From Candidatus Omnitrophota bacterium (GTDB lineage: Bacteria; Omnitrophota; Gorgyraeia; JABMRG01), in contig JBAZLY010000004.1 in NCBI GenBank assembly GCA_041650035.1, forward strand, positions 1 through 62,881: a stretch of 62,881 bases of DNA, written 5' to 3'. Below, in pieces: positions 15,798 to 26,280 of the stretch (position 1 is the stretch's first letter; each line of letters starts with the position of its first letter). The position numbers and the translations under genes are program-made. The notes under the pieces were generated by a model. That model was not told the DNA's origin. It searched no databases and saw only the letters and a program-made list of their open reading frames with translations.

Positions 15798-16806
15798 GCC
15801 CGTGGTCTGCGTTACTATGGGTTATCCTGCGGGTATAGGAGCGGAGGTTATATCAAAGGCATTGGCAAGCCGGACTGTGAGAAGGCTTGCCAATTTTTTA
15901 ATTGTAGGAAATGTATCTTTTTTCAATAAGGCCTGTTGCGGTGGCGGCAAGCGGATACCGTATACTGTGATAGGGGATGATTCCGGTATAATATTCTCCA
16001 ATTCAGACATATTATTCCTGAATATGCCTGAAACCGCGAAGGTCAAATTTTCTTGCGGCAAGATATCGGCGGTCTTGGGCGGCGAATCCGTTCGCTATAT
16101 AAAAAAGGCCGTTGATCTAGCGCGGGCCGGCAAGGTCGATATGCTGGTGACAGGGCCTATCAATAAACACGCGGCCGCATTATCAGGTTTTACTCATAAA
16201 GGGCATACCGAGTTTTTGGCATACCTTACGAATACAAGGCATTTTGCGATGATGCTTGCCAGAGGCAAACTTAAGGTATTGTTGGCAACTACCCATCTGC
16301 CTGTACGGGACATATCCTCTTGTCTTGACAAAAATGATATATCCGATAAGCTATCATTGGCCCACGTTTTTCTAAAGCGTTATTTTCGAATAAGCAAGCC
16401 CCTTGTAGCTGTATGCGGGCTTAATCCTCACGCGGGCGACAATGGCCTTATAGGTGATGAGGAAAAGAATATAATAATACCTGCTATCAGGCGGGCGCTA
16501 AAAAAAGGGGCCAATGTCAGAGGGCCTCTTCCGGCTGACGGTGTATTCTTCGACCTTGCCATTGGCAAATATGATGCTGTTATGTGCATGTATCATGATC
16601 AAGGTCTGGTCGCGCTTAAGATGGCCGGCCGTGATAAAACGGTTAATATTACATTAGGCTTGCCGTTTATCCGAACATCCTGCGGTCACGGAACAGCCCT
16701 TGATATTGCCGGTAAAGGTATAGCAGACCCTGACAGCATGAAGCAGGCTATCAAAACAGCTGTTGCTATGTTCACGGCATTTAGTAATAATCCGCGCGGC
16801 AAATAA
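15775..16806 (+). CDS. pdxA: 4-hydroxythreonine-4-phosphate dehydrogenase
   Basis: GYPAGIGAEV, GHTEFLA, NPHAGDNG, MYHDQG, TSCGHGTA. Confidence 0.9.
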   Translation: MRISRSIKPVVCVTMGYPAGIGAEVISKALASRTVRRLANFLIVGNVSFFNKACCGGGKRIPYTVIGDDSGIIFSNSDILFLNMPETAKVKFSCGKISAVLGGESVRYIKKAVDLARAGKVDMLVTGPINKHAAALSGFTHKGHTEFLAYLTNTRHFAMMLARGKLKVLLATTHLPVRDISSCLDKNDISDKLSLAHVFLKRYFRISKPLVAVCGLNPHAGDNGLIGDEEKNIIIPAIRRALKKGANVRGPLPADGVFFDLAIGKYDAVMCMYHDQGLVALKMAGRDKTVNITLGLPFIRTSCGHGTALDIAGKGIADPDSMKQAIKTAVAMFTAFSNNPRGK

Positions 16807-16824
16807 CCCAACAGGTGTTTAAGA

Positions 16825-17673
16825 TTGTATAACGCGTCTGAGATCAGCCGAATATTGAGGGACAACGGTCTTTCGATCAATAAGGCCATGGGGCAGAATT
16901 TTCTTATCCAGCCCAGCAAGAGGGATGAGATAATAAGGTTATGCGGTATATGCCGCCACGAAACGGTGCTGGAGATTGGCCCGGGGCTTGGGGCGCTCAC
17001 CGAATGCATAAAACCGCTTTGCGGAAATCTTGTTGCCGTTGAAAAGGATAGAGGGCTTGCAGGGTTCTTAAGGGGATCTTTTTCGGGCAGTGATAATGTA
17101 GAGATAATCAATTCGGATATTCTGCGTTATATGATACCCGATCATGGGCGAAAGGTCAAGGTTATAGGTAATCTGCCGTATTATATTACATCGGCGATCA
17201 TATTTCATATGCTCTGCCAAAAATCCCGGATAGGATCTATGTTCTTTACTGTTCAGAAAGAGGTTGCTGACCGTATTACGGCCGGCCCTGCCTGCGGGGA
17301 TTATGGTGTGCTTACGATAGGTGTCTCATATCATTGTGTTGTCAGGAGGTTGTGTAAAATAGGCAGGGGCGTTTTTTTTCCAGTTCCTGCCGTTGATTCC
17401 GTGCTCATTGAATTGGCCGTCCGAAAGCGTCCCGCGGTATATGTTAAAAATGAGGGATATTTTTTCAAGGTAATAAAAACAGGTTTCAATAAGAGGAGAA
17501 AGACGTTTTACAATGCCCTTTTAAGCGCGAGTGATTTAAACCTTGATAAAGCCTCTATCCTTAACGCGTTTAGTTTGCTGAAGATAGACCCGCGTATCAG
17601 GGCCGAAGAACTAAATCTTCAGGAATTCGCGCAATTGGCAGAGGCCCTTGAACCATCTTGCCGCGGGGATTAA
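16825..17673 (+). CDS. rsmA: 16S rRNA (adenine1518/1519-N6)-dimethyltransferase
   Basis: GQNFL and the SAM motif VLEIGPGLGALT, with a KsgA C-terminal domain. TTG start assumed. Confidence 0.9.
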   Translation: MYNASEISRILRDNGLSINKAMGQNFLIQPSKRDEIIRLCGICRHETVLEIGPGLGALTECIKPLCGNLVAVEKDRGLAGFLRGSFSGSDNVEIINSDILRYMIPDHGRKVKVIGNLPYYITSAIIFHMLCQKSRIGSMFFTVQKEVADRITAGPACGDYGVLTIGVSYHCVVRRLCKIGRGVFFPVPAVDSVLIELAVRKRPAVYVKNEGYFFKVIKTGFNKRRKTFYNALLSASDLNLDKASILNAFSLLKIDPRIRAEELNLQEFAQLAEALEPSCRGD

Positions 17674-17888
17674 TATTACGCATTGCGTCTTACACTTTAT
17701 TCATTTTTAAAAACATCCCTGCCCTTCTGCCGGGCCTGCGTCCTATCATCTGATCATTTGATAGATTGCTTATGGCTTTACATTGATAATATTATATGGT
17801 ATTCTACGTTGGCGTATGACCGTTGCTGTTGGCCAGGTAACCCATAGCAGAATGTCTTGTACGCTGACCTAAAAACAGGAACGATGGC

Positions 17889-18185
17889 ATGAAGATTAAA
17901 AGAGGCGATATAAAGTATGTTGCCCGACTTGCAAGGATACACCTGACGGGCGAAGAAGAAGAGCTTTTTTCCGCACAACTAAACGATGTCTTTTCATACA
18001 TGGATAAGTTACAGGAAAATGACACGGTCGGCGTCGAACCTTGTGTCCATATTCCCTCAAGTTCTAATGTGCTTCGTGATGATGTCCCCGGGCAATCTCT
18101 TTCAAGCGAACGGGCGCTTGCTAATGCCCCCGAACAAAGCGTCGGATTTTTTAAAGTCCCGAAAATAATAGAATCAAATGAATAA
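17889..18185 (+). CDS. gatC: Asp/Glu-tRNA(Asn/Gln) amidotransferase subunit C
   Basis: VARLARIHLTGEEEE...MDKL motif, 98 aa, immediately upstream of gatA. Confidence 0.9.
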   Translation: MKIKRGDIKYVARLARIHLTGEEEELFSAQLNDVFSYMDKLQENDTVGVEPCVHIPSSSNVLRDDVPGQSLSSERALANAPEQSVGFFKVPKIIESNE

Positions 18186-19650
18186 TATTTGCGGTCTTTC
18201 CGCCTACCAATTGAAAGAATTAATAGGTAAGAACAATATTAAGGCTGTTGATATAGCATCTTCCATCGTCCGGCGTCATGATGAAGTTGACGGCCGTATT
18301 TCAGGTTTTGTTAATTTTGACAAAGACGCTGTTATTGACAGGGCGCTTTGCCTTGATAATTTGGCTGACATGCATGACCGAGGCCTCGCGCTTTTTAAGG
18401 TCCCAGTAGTGCTGAAAGATAATATATGTGTTAACGGTGAATTAACGACATGCGCGTCAGGCATACTCCAGGGTTTTAGGCCGCCATATGATGCTACTGT
18501 CGCGGCCAGGCTAAAATCCGCCGGGGCATTGTTGCTGGGTAAATCCAATATGGATGAATTCGCCTTTGGCAGCTCTTGCGAGACCTCTTATTATGGGCCG
18601 ACAAAAAACCCGTATGACCTGCAAAGGATACCCGGTGGTTCGAGCGGAGGTTCTGCCGCGCTTGTCGCTTCAGACCAGACCATGCTCGCGCTTGGCAGTG
18701 ATACGGGAGGTTCCATCAGGCAGCCGGCGGCCTTGTGCGGTGTTGTGGGGTTAAAACCTACATACGGAAGGGTATCGCGATACGGGCTTATTGCCTTCGG
18801 TTCAAGCCTGGACCAACCCGGACCTATTACCAAGGATGTCAGGGATTGCGCCATACTTTTAAACGTTATCGCCGGACATGATAAGCTGGATTCCACATCA
18901 GCCGATGTCCCCGTCCCGGATTACGTTCAGTCGCTTTCAGGCGGCGTAAAAGGTATGAGGATTGGCCTGCCGAAGGAATACTTTACGCAGGGCCTAGACA
19001 GCGGTATCAAGGTTAAGATCGACGCCGCGATATCGGTATATAAAAGCCTTGGTGCCATATTTAAGCAGATATCTCTGCCCCATACTGAATATGCCGTAAG
19101 CGTTTATTATATAATAGGCTGTTCGGAGGCCTCTTCTAATCTGGCCAGATTTGACGGTATGCAATATGGGTATAGATATCAATCGCCTGATGGAAGGTGC
19201 GGTCTTATTGAGATGTGTATGCGCACGCGGGGCAAGGCCCTTGGTCTCGAAGCCAAGCGCCGAATAATACTGGGCACATATTCCTTGAGCAGCGGTTATT
19301 ATGATGCGTATTATCTTAAGGCATGCAAGGTCCGCGCGCTTATCAAATCGGATTTTGATAAGGCCTTTAACGAATGTGATATGATACTAACGCCTACGAC
19401 CCCGACCCCCGCCTTTAAGATAGGCGAAAAGATAAAAGACCCTCTGTCTATGTATCTTTCTGATATCTTCACGATACCGTCAAACTTAGCGGGGATACCG
19501 GCGATTTCACTGCCTTGCGGTTATAGTGAGAACGGTCTGCCGATAGGCATGCAGTTAATGGCGGGGCATTTTGAAGAAGAAAAACTTTTGCGCGCGGCAT
19601 ATTCTTATGAACAGAATGCCTCATGGAACAAAGTCAAGCCGGTTCTATAG
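18178..19650 (+). CDS. gatA: Asp/Glu-tRNA(Asn/Gln) amidotransferase subunit A
   Basis: Amidase signature GGSSGGSAALVA...GSDTGGSIRQPA. Confidence 0.95.
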   Translation: MNNICGLSAYQLKELIGKNNIKAVDIASSIVRRHDEVDGRISGFVNFDKDAVIDRALCLDNLADMHDRGLALFKVPVVLKDNICVNGELTTCASGILQGFRPPYDATVAARLKSAGALLLGKSNMDEFAFGSSCETSYYGPTKNPYDLQRIPGGSSGGSAALVASDQTMLALGSDTGGSIRQPAALCGVVGLKPTYGRVSRYGLIAFGSSLDQPGPITKDVRDCAILLNVIAGHDKLDSTSADVPVPDYVQSLSGGVKGMRIGLPKEYFTQGLDSGIKVKIDAAISVYKSLGAIFKQISLPHTEYAVSVYYIIGCSEASSNLARFDGMQYGYRYQSPDGRCGLIEMCMRTRGKALGLEAKRRIILGTYSLSSGYYDAYYLKACKVRALIKSDFDKAFNECDMILTPTTPTPAFKIGEKIKDPLSMYLSDIFTIPSNLAGIPAISLPCGYSENGLPIGMQLMAGHFEEEKLLRAAYSYEQNASWNKVKPVL

Positions 19651-19671
19651 ACTTGCCTGGATAAAAAGATA

Positions 19672-21117
19672 ATGGATGATATAAAATACGCGACAACGAT
19701 AGGCCTTGAGATACACCTGCAGATATCTACCAGGACAAAGGCGTTTTGTTCCTGCGAAAACAGTTTTGGTAGGGAACCTAATACATCCGTATGCCCTGTC
19801 TGTCTCGGCATGCCGGGGTCTCTGCCTGTCCTGAACAAGGAATATCTTCAACGCGCCATCAAGACAGCCCTTGCCTTAAATTGCCAGATAGTCGGCCGAA
19901 TGAAATTTGACAGAAAAAATTATTTTTATCCGGATCTGCCGAAGAATTATCAGATCTCGCAGTATGCCATGCCTCTTTCCCGGGGGGGGTTTTTGGAGAT
20001 AATGACGCCTGCCGGGATTAAGAGGGTAGGCATTACGCGCGTGCATATGGAAGAAGATGCGGGCAAGCTTATACATGATGAAGGAGGTTGTTTTAGCCTT
20101 ATAGATTTGAACCGTGCCGGCGCGCCTCTGCTTGAGATAGTCAGTGAGCCGGATATCTTTTCTCCCGACGAGGCACATCTGTATTTAAGGACGCTTAAAT
20201 CGGTTTTGGAATACCTGGATGTCTCCGATTGCAATATGGAGCAGGGGTCATTGCGTTGTGACGCGAATATCTCTTTGATGCCGGCGGGGAAAAAAGGCCT
20301 TGGTGCTAAGGTAGAGCTGAAAAATATGAACAGCTTCAGGGCCATAAGGCAGGCGCTTGAATACGAACAAGAAAGGCAGGCGAGGGTTTTGTCTTCGGGC
20401 GGCGTGATTATTCAGCAGACAAGGTTGTGGAATGAGAAGAAAAAGATCACCGAACTTATGAGGACCAAGGAAGAGGCCCATGATTACAGGTATTTTCCGG
20501 ATCCTGACCTTAATGATTTTATCATAGAACAGTCCATGGTCCGGGCTATAGAAGGTTTGTTGCCTGAAATGCCCCAGGTCAAGATGAACAGGTTTATCAA
20601 AGAGTATAGTCTATCGGAATATGACGCGCGTGTACTTACGGCCGATAAGCATATGGCGGATTTTATGGAACAATCCGTTAAATTATACCCTAAGCCAAAG
20701 GTTGTTGCCAATTGGCTTATAGGCAGTATTCAGGCGTATCTTAATGAGCGTAATATGGAATTTAGCCAGCTCCATATCGGACCCGGCAGGCTTGTTGAGA
20801 TGATCCGGCTCATTGACAGCGGGGCCCTAAGCAATAATATGGCAAAGGATATACTGCAGGTGATGCTACTGTCGGGTAAGAGCGCGGGGGATATTGTAAA
20901 AGAAAAAGACCTTTTTCAGATAACGGATAAGTCGGCTATAGCGGCCCTCGCAGTTGATGTTCTTCAGAGCAATCCCAAGGTAAAAGATGATTATCTCTCA
21001 GGCAAAAAGAACGCTTTGGGTTTTTTGGTGGGCCAGTTGATGAAAAAATCACAAGGTAAGGCCAACCCTGTCGCGGCAGGGCAGGCCCTTAAGGCCCTGC
21101 TTGAGGGGAAATCATGA
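19672..21117 (+). CDS. gatB: Asp/Glu-tRNA(Asn/Gln) amidotransferase subunit B
   Basis: IGLEIHLQ...K.FC.C, NRAG.PLLEIVSEPD, and a C-terminal GatB/YqeY domain. Confidence 0.95.
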   Translation: MDDIKYATTIGLEIHLQISTRTKAFCSCENSFGREPNTSVCPVCLGMPGSLPVLNKEYLQRAIKTALALNCQIVGRMKFDRKNYFYPDLPKNYQISQYAMPLSRGGFLEIMTPAGIKRVGITRVHMEEDAGKLIHDEGGCFSLIDLNRAGAPLLEIVSEPDIFSPDEAHLYLRTLKSVLEYLDVSDCNMEQGSLRCDANISLMPAGKKGLGAKVELKNMNSFRAIRQALEYEQERQARVLSSGGVIIQQTRLWNEKKKITELMRTKEEAHDYRYFPDPDLNDFIIEQSMVRAIEGLLPEMPQVKMNRFIKEYSLSEYDARVLTADKHMADFMEQSVKLYPKPKVVANWLIGSIQAYLNERNMEFSQLHIGPGRLVEMIRLIDSGALSNNMAKDILQVMLLSGKSAGDIVKEKDLFQITDKSAIAALAVDVLQSNPKVKDDYLSGKKNALGFLVGQLMKKSQGKANPVAAGQALKALLEGKS

Positions 21118-22403
21118 GGGCGCTTAGATCCGTTCTTACGTTAGGACTTATATGCATTACCCTATGTCTTGCGTTTGAACCGCGCGCGGAAGAAGGATCA
21201 AATGATGACACTGTTAATCCGGTACCTGTTTTCCGGGACGATATCTTGCATGAACTCGGTATCTTTGCTGATGCTGTCACGCTTATTGACGCCAATTATG
21301 TGAGAAAGGTATCTCCGAAAGAACTTATATCCAGCGCTTTAGACGGCATGGTTTCATCGCTTGATTCTCATAGTGAATTCCTTTCGTATGAACAACACAT
21401 GAAATTACAGGCGGACTCCATGGGTGAGTTCGGAGGACTTGGCATAAAGGTCGCTATAAGGGATAAAGTGCTTACTGTAATAAGCCCGCTTGAAGCGACG
21501 CCGGCGCAAAAGTCGGGCATATTACCTGGTGACAGGATAATAAAAATTAATGACAAGACTACAGAGGGTTTCGGTTTGGATGATGCCGTGGATCTGCTAA
21601 GGGGCCGGCCTGGGACTTTGGTTAAACTGACTATAGTCCGAGGGCCCGAACGGGATATAAAAGAGTTCACACTGAAAAGGGCTATTATCAAGGTCCAGTC
21701 AGTAAGATATTCCCTTATAGCCGGAGAGGATATAGGCTACATAAGGATAGCGGATTTCCAGAGGCATACACCCTCTGACCTTAATAAGGCCATGCGTTAT
21801 TTTATCAAAAACCGCATCAAGGCATTGATCCTTGACCTGCGGGGTAATCCCGGCGGTTTGATGGAGGCTTCAATAATGGTTTGCGAGAGGTTCATAAAAA
21901 AACCTGGTGTAATAGTATCAACCAAGGGAAGATTTGAAGGCCAAAATGCCGTGTTTCGGTCAAGGGCATCACGGGTTTATGAAGGTTTTCCTGTGGCAGT
22001 TATCATTAATGAGGGTTCTGCCAGCGCCTCTGAGATAGTTGCCGCGGCATTGCGCGATAATAAAAGAGCGGTGATCGTAGGCAGTAAGAGTTTTGGGAAA
22101 GGTTCTGTCCAGACTGTAATGCCCCTCAAGGATAATTCGGCGGTCAGGCTGACGACCAGTTATTACTATACCCCTTCAGGCCGTATTATTCACGAAAAGG
22201 GAATATTGCCTGATATCATCACGCCGCGGGAGGAGGCTGTTCTCGGAACCGATAATGAGGAAGAGGCAAAAGATGTCTTGACACCGGAGCAGGTTCTTCT
22301 TAGGGACGCGGATATCTTGGAGTCTATTAACCTTCTTAATGACAGAGGCAGGTATGAGTCCCTGCTTTTAGGGTATCCGCTTGAGACAGGAGGGTCAGGT
22401 TGA
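21114..22403 (+). CDS. ctpA: carboxy-terminal processing protease (S41 family)
   Basis: PDZ (GLGIKV...PGDRIIKIND), LDLRGNPGG, GSASASEI, SFGKGSVQ. Confidence 0.9.
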   Translation: MRALRSVLTLGLICITLCLAFEPRAEEGSNDDTVNPVPVFRDDILHELGIFADAVTLIDANYVRKVSPKELISSALDGMVSSLDSHSEFLSYEQHMKLQADSMGEFGGLGIKVAIRDKVLTVISPLEATPAQKSGILPGDRIIKINDKTTEGFGLDDAVDLLRGRPGTLVKLTIVRGPERDIKEFTLKRAIIKVQSVRYSLIAGEDIGYIRIADFQRHTPSDLNKAMRYFIKNRIKALILDLRGNPGGLMEASIMVCERFIKKPGVIVSTKGRFEGQNAVFRSRASRVYEGFPVAVIINEGSASASEIVAAALRDNKRAVIVGSKSFGKGSVQTVMPLKDNSAVRLTTSYYYTPSGRIIHEKGILPDIITPREEAVLGTDNEEEAKDVLTPEQVLLRDADILESINLLNDRGRYESLLLGYPLETGGSG

Positions 22404-23413
22404 ATAAATCTATTATGCCGGTCCTCGGGATAGAGACTTCATGCGACGAGACGTCTGTCGCTATAGCATCGGGGGAGATGAGCATATTATCAAATGTGGT
22501 AGTTTCAAGCCAGCGTTTTCATAAGAAATATGCCGGTATAGTTCCTGAGATAGCATGCCGTCATCACGTTGAAAATATAAATGTTGTTTTAGATAAGGCC
22601 TTAAGACAGGCAAAGGTTGATCTGTCTGATATAAAGGCTGTCAGCGTGACCCAGGGCCCCGGTTTAATAGGCGCCCTGCTTGTCGGCATCTCCATGGCCA
22701 AGGCGATCAGTTATTGCCTTGGGATACCGATAATACCTGTTAACCATCTCCACGGCCATCTTTATGCGGCCTTACTTTCGGCAGGCAGGGTACCAAGATT
22801 TCCGGCTACAGGTCTTATAGTATCAGGCGGGCACACCAGCCTTGTTGAGATGAAGGATATAGATAATCTTAGGTTGATGGGTCAGACAAGGGACGATGCC
22901 TGTGGGGAGGCTTTTGACAAGGCGGCGAGAGTGCTTGGCCTAGGTTATCCGGGAGGGCCTTCTATAGAAAGACTAGCGGCAAAAGGCAGGCCTGAAAAGA
23001 TAGGGTTTACGCGCTCATATCTTGAGGAGGGCTCCATGGATTTTAGTTTTAGCGGTATTAAAACAGCGGTATTAAACCTTGTCAGGGGAGCGGATGCAAA
23101 GTCAATCCCTGCCGCTGATATATGCAGGGAATTCCAGGATACGGTTTTTGACGTAATTATAGAAAAGACAAGGAGATGCTGCCTTAAAAATCGCTCCAAG
23201 AGCCTTTTGGCCGGCGGCGGTGTCAGCGCGAACAATGAACTTAGAAGGAGATTAAAGGTGTTGTGTGATCGAGAGGGCATAGACTTACTCGTGCCGGTGC
23301 GTGATATGTCATTAGACAATGCGGCCATGATCGCGGGTTTAGGAAGTTATAGGTATAATAGAAAGAAGTTTGGAAGGCTTGATTTCGCGGCAATGGCAGA
23401 TATGCCTTTTTAA
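22400..23413 (+). CDS. tsaD: tRNA N6-adenosine threonylcarbamoyltransferase
   Basis: LGIETSCDETSVAI, VNHLHGH, GGVSAN. The TTG at 22400 has SD AGGAGGG; an alternative ATG lies at 22415. Confidence 0.93.
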   Translation: MNKSIMPVLGIETSCDETSVAIASGEMSILSNVVVSSQRFHKKYAGIVPEIACRHHVENINVVLDKALRQAKVDLSDIKAVSVTQGPGLIGALLVGISMAKAISYCLGIPIIPVNHLHGHLYAALLSAGRVPRFPATGLIVSGGHTSLVEMKDIDNLRLMGQTRDDACGEAFDKAARVLGLGYPGGPSIERLAAKGRPEKIGFTRSYLEEGSMDFSFSGIKTAVLNLVRGADAKSIPAADICREFQDTVFDVIIEKTRRCCLKNRSKSLLAGGGVSANNELRRRLKVLCDREGIDLLVPVRDMSLDNAAMIAGLGSYRYNRKKFGRLDFAAMADMPF

Positions 23414-23515
23414 AATGACCCCTGGTCTTTGTCGGGCCGGGATAAAATGGCGGGGCGAAAGATTGGTTATGTGCAGTCCGGCAGTTTATGATATAATACG
23501 ATCAGGGGAGAGGCT

Positions 23516-23947
23516 ATGGTAACGGAATTTCAGATGATAGTTAGGCTTGTGTTGTCGGCAATATTAGGAGGCATTGTAGGTTTAGAGCGGGAAATCAATT
23601 CCAAAGCGGCTGGTTTTCGCACGCATACGTTAGTATGCATAGGCTCCTGTTTGATAATGTTGACCTCTATGCACATGTTTGATATATATAAAGGTATAGC
23701 TGGTGTGGACCCAGCCCGTATCGCGGCCCAGGTGGTTAGCGGCATAGGTTTTCTCGGGGCGGGCACCATTATCAGGAGCCGTGTCTCGATACACGGCCTT
23801 ACGACAGCGGCAAGCCTTTGGTCGGTTGCCGGCGTCGGGTTGGCGGTTGGTTCAGGCCTTTTTATCGTTTCGTTATTTGCCACAGCGCTTATAATAGGGA
23901 GCCTTTTTATCTTAAGGAGGTTTCAAGACAGGATCGGCCGCAAATAG
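23516..23947 (+). CDS. MgtC/SapB family membrane protein
   Basis: RLVLSAILGGIVGLERE...AGFRTH motif and four TM segments. Confidence 0.85.
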   Translation: MVTEFQMIVRLVLSAILGGIVGLEREINSKAAGFRTHTLVCIGSCLIMLTSMHMFDIYKGIAGVDPARIAAQVVSGIGFLGAGTIIRSRVSIHGLTTAASLWSVAGVGLAVGSGLFIVSLFATALIIGSLFILRRFQDRIGRK

Positions 23948-24001
23948 CAGGCCGTCTGGTTCAGACAGGGTATTTACGGTCAGTGCAAAAGGAGGCAAGA
24001 A

Positions 24002-25027
24002 ATGACATTGGCATTTATTAGGGTATTTTTTGTTGCTGTCACTACCATTATAAGTTATCAGTTAGGTGTTTTTTTCGCAGGCATAGGCACTGTATGGCCC
24101 CTAATAGGGTTAGCAACAGGTCTTATTGTGTCTTTATTGATTATTTGGGCCGAATTAAGCATGAGGAGAATCTCCTTAAGTGGTTTATCCGCCGGGGTTT
24201 TTGGGCTGTTAATAGGGCTTTTAATGGCCAGGCTTATAGCGGATTCGTTTATTCTTGAGTCTATCTATCATTTGAATGCGATGTTTGCCCTTGCGATTCA
24301 CGTTTCCTGTACGCTCATATTTTGTTATTTTGGCATGATGTTGGCGATAAGGGGTAAGGATGAATTCAGCTTGATAATACCATACGTGAAATTTACAAGG
24401 CAGGACAGAAGGGACGATATTACGGTTGTGGATACAAGCGTGATAATAGACGGCAGGATCATAGACCTGGGCCAGAGCGGTTTTATGGGCGGGCGTTTTA
24501 TCGTACCACGCTTTGTCTTAAAGGAATTACAACAGGTGGCGGATTCCTCCGATCCGTTCAAGAGAGGCCGTGGGCGGAGGGGGCTTGATATATTGAATCG
24601 TATGCAAAAGAGCGCGAATATGGATGTTAAGATACACGAAGAGGATTTTCCGGAGATACAGGAAACCGACGCGAAACTGGTCAAGATTGCCAGGGTGCTC
24701 AATGCCAGGATATTCACGAACGATTATAACCTTAATAAGGTCGCCGAACTTCAGCATGTCCAGGTGCTGAATATCAATGACTTGAGCAACGCCTTAAAGC
24801 CTGTAATGCTGCCCGGCGAAGAGACGGATGTCAAGATCATAAAGGAAGGCAAAGAGCATAATCAGGGTGTAGGTTATCTTGACGACGGTACCATGATAGT
24901 CGTTGAAGGCGGCAGGCAGCTTATCGGGCAAAGGAGGCGCGTCTGCGTGACAAGCGTGCTCCAGACCTCGGCAGGGCGGATGATATTCGCCAAGGCGTTG
25001 AACCAGCAGGATGACAAGGACAAATGA
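24002..25027 (+). CDS. PIN/TRAM domain membrane protein (YacL-like)
   Basis: N-terminal TM helices, PIN (VVDTSVIIDGRI...) and a C-terminal TRAM-like beta domain. Upstream of ispD, as in Bacillus yacL. Confidence 0.8.
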   Translation: MTLAFIRVFFVAVTTIISYQLGVFFAGIGTVWPLIGLATGLIVSLLIIWAELSMRRISLSGLSAGVFGLLIGLLMARLIADSFILESIYHLNAMFALAIHVSCTLIFCYFGMMLAIRGKDEFSLIIPYVKFTRQDRRDDITVVDTSVIIDGRIIDLGQSGFMGGRFIVPRFVLKELQQVADSSDPFKRGRGRRGLDILNRMQKSANMDVKIHEEDFPEIQETDAKLVKIARVLNARIFTNDYNLNKVAELQHVQVLNINDLSNALKPVMLPGEETDVKIIKEGKEHNQGVGYLDDGTMIVVEGGRQLIGQRRRVCVTSVLQTSAGRMIFAKALNQQDDKDK

Positions 25028-25701
25028 AGGTAACTGCCATAGTCCCTGCCGCCGGTTACGGCAGGAGAATGAAGTTGAAGACGGATAAACCTTTTATAAT
25101 GATCCGGGGCAAGGAGATGTTTTGCCACTGCCTTAAGGTTTTGGAGGGTATTTCTTGCGTTTCGGAGATTATCATAGCGGCTGAAAAGAAAAATATTGAT
25201 AAGATGAAAGCGATTGTCGCCAGGGAAGGTTTTCATAAGGTGAGGCATATTGTTGTAGGCGGTTCCTGCCGCGGGCGATCGGTGTCCAATGCCTTGAAGG
25301 TGGTTGACATAGGCGCTGATTTTATCCTTGTTCATGACTGCGCCAGACCCATGATTAATAAGGGCATAGTGGATAAAACAATACAGGCCGCGAGGAGATA
25401 TGATAATACGGTCGCGGCCGTCAGGGTCAAGTCCACAATCAAGCAGGTCTCTGGTAACGGATGCCTCGTGGCCAGGACATTAGACCGGTCGCATCTTTGG
25501 GAGGCACAGACCCCGCAGGTATTCAGGGCCGATATCCTCAAGAGGGCCTATAAAAAGGCCGGCAGATCTATTAGCTGTTTCACGGATGATTCGGGCATAG
25601 TAGAAAGCGCCGGGTATAAGGTCAGGATTGTGCCCTCAACTTACAACAATATCAAGGTTACCACAATAGAGGACCTTGTTTTTGCCAGGTCATTTGAATA
25701 G
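25024..25701 (+). CDS. ispD: 2-C-methyl-D-erythritol 4-phosphate cytidylyltransferase
   Basis: AIVPAAGYGRRM, VHDCARP, AQTPQ.F. Confidence 0.9.
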   Translation: MKVTAIVPAAGYGRRMKLKTDKPFIMIRGKEMFCHCLKVLEGISCVSEIIIAAEKKNIDKMKAIVAREGFHKVRHIVVGGSCRGRSVSNALKVVDIGADFILVHDCARPMINKGIVDKTIQAARRYDNTVAAVRVKSTIKQVSGNGCLVARTLDRSHLWEAQTPQVFRADILKRAYKKAGRSISCFTDDSGIVESAGYKVRIVPSTYNNIKVTTIEDLVFARSFE

Positions 25702-25736
25702 TTTTAGGCCAGCATAGTTGAAACAAAGAAAATGAT

Positions 25737-26222
25737 ATGGAAAAACGTATAGGCATAGGTTATGATTTGCACAGGCTGACAGAAGGCCGGCCGCTGTATT
25801 TAGGAGGGGTCAGGATACCCTTTTGTAAAGGTTTGATAGGCCATTCTGATGCCGATGTTCTTTGTCACGCGATATGTGATGCCATTTTGGGTGCCTGCTG
25901 CGAGGCCGATATCGGCGAGCATTTTCCAGATACGGATAGCCAGCTTGCCGGTATCTCCGGCAGTGATTTGATCCGCATGACATGTCAGATAGTCCGGAAA
26001 AGAAGGGTGGTTGAGATCGTGAACGTGGATACGGTGGTGGTATGCGATAATCCCAACCTGTCCGGATATAAGCAGGAGATGATAATGGCTGTCGCGGATT
26101 TTCTTGGTATCGAAGCGGACAGGGTAAATGTGAAGGCCAAGACAAGCGAAGGCACTAATTGCGATTGCATTTCCGCCTACTCGGTTGTTTTGCTCAATAC
26201 CGGGGAGATTCAGCTGCATTAG
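25737..26222 (+). CDS. ispF: 2-C-methyl-D-erythritol 2,4-cyclodiphosphate synthase
   Basis: RIGIGYDLHRL, GHSDADVLCHAI.DA.LGA. Confidence 0.95.
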   Translation: MEKRIGIGYDLHRLTEGRPLYLGGVRIPFCKGLIGHSDADVLCHAICDAILGACCEADIGEHFPDTDSQLAGISGSDLIRMTCQIVRKRRVVEIVNVDTVVVCDNPNLSGYKQEMIMAVADFLGIEADRVNVKAKTSEGTNCDCISAYSVVLLNTGEIQLH

Positions 26223-26280
26223 GCTGTCTTGCATAAGGCAGATGTTTTTGTATTGTCCGTCTATTCTATAGGAGGTTATT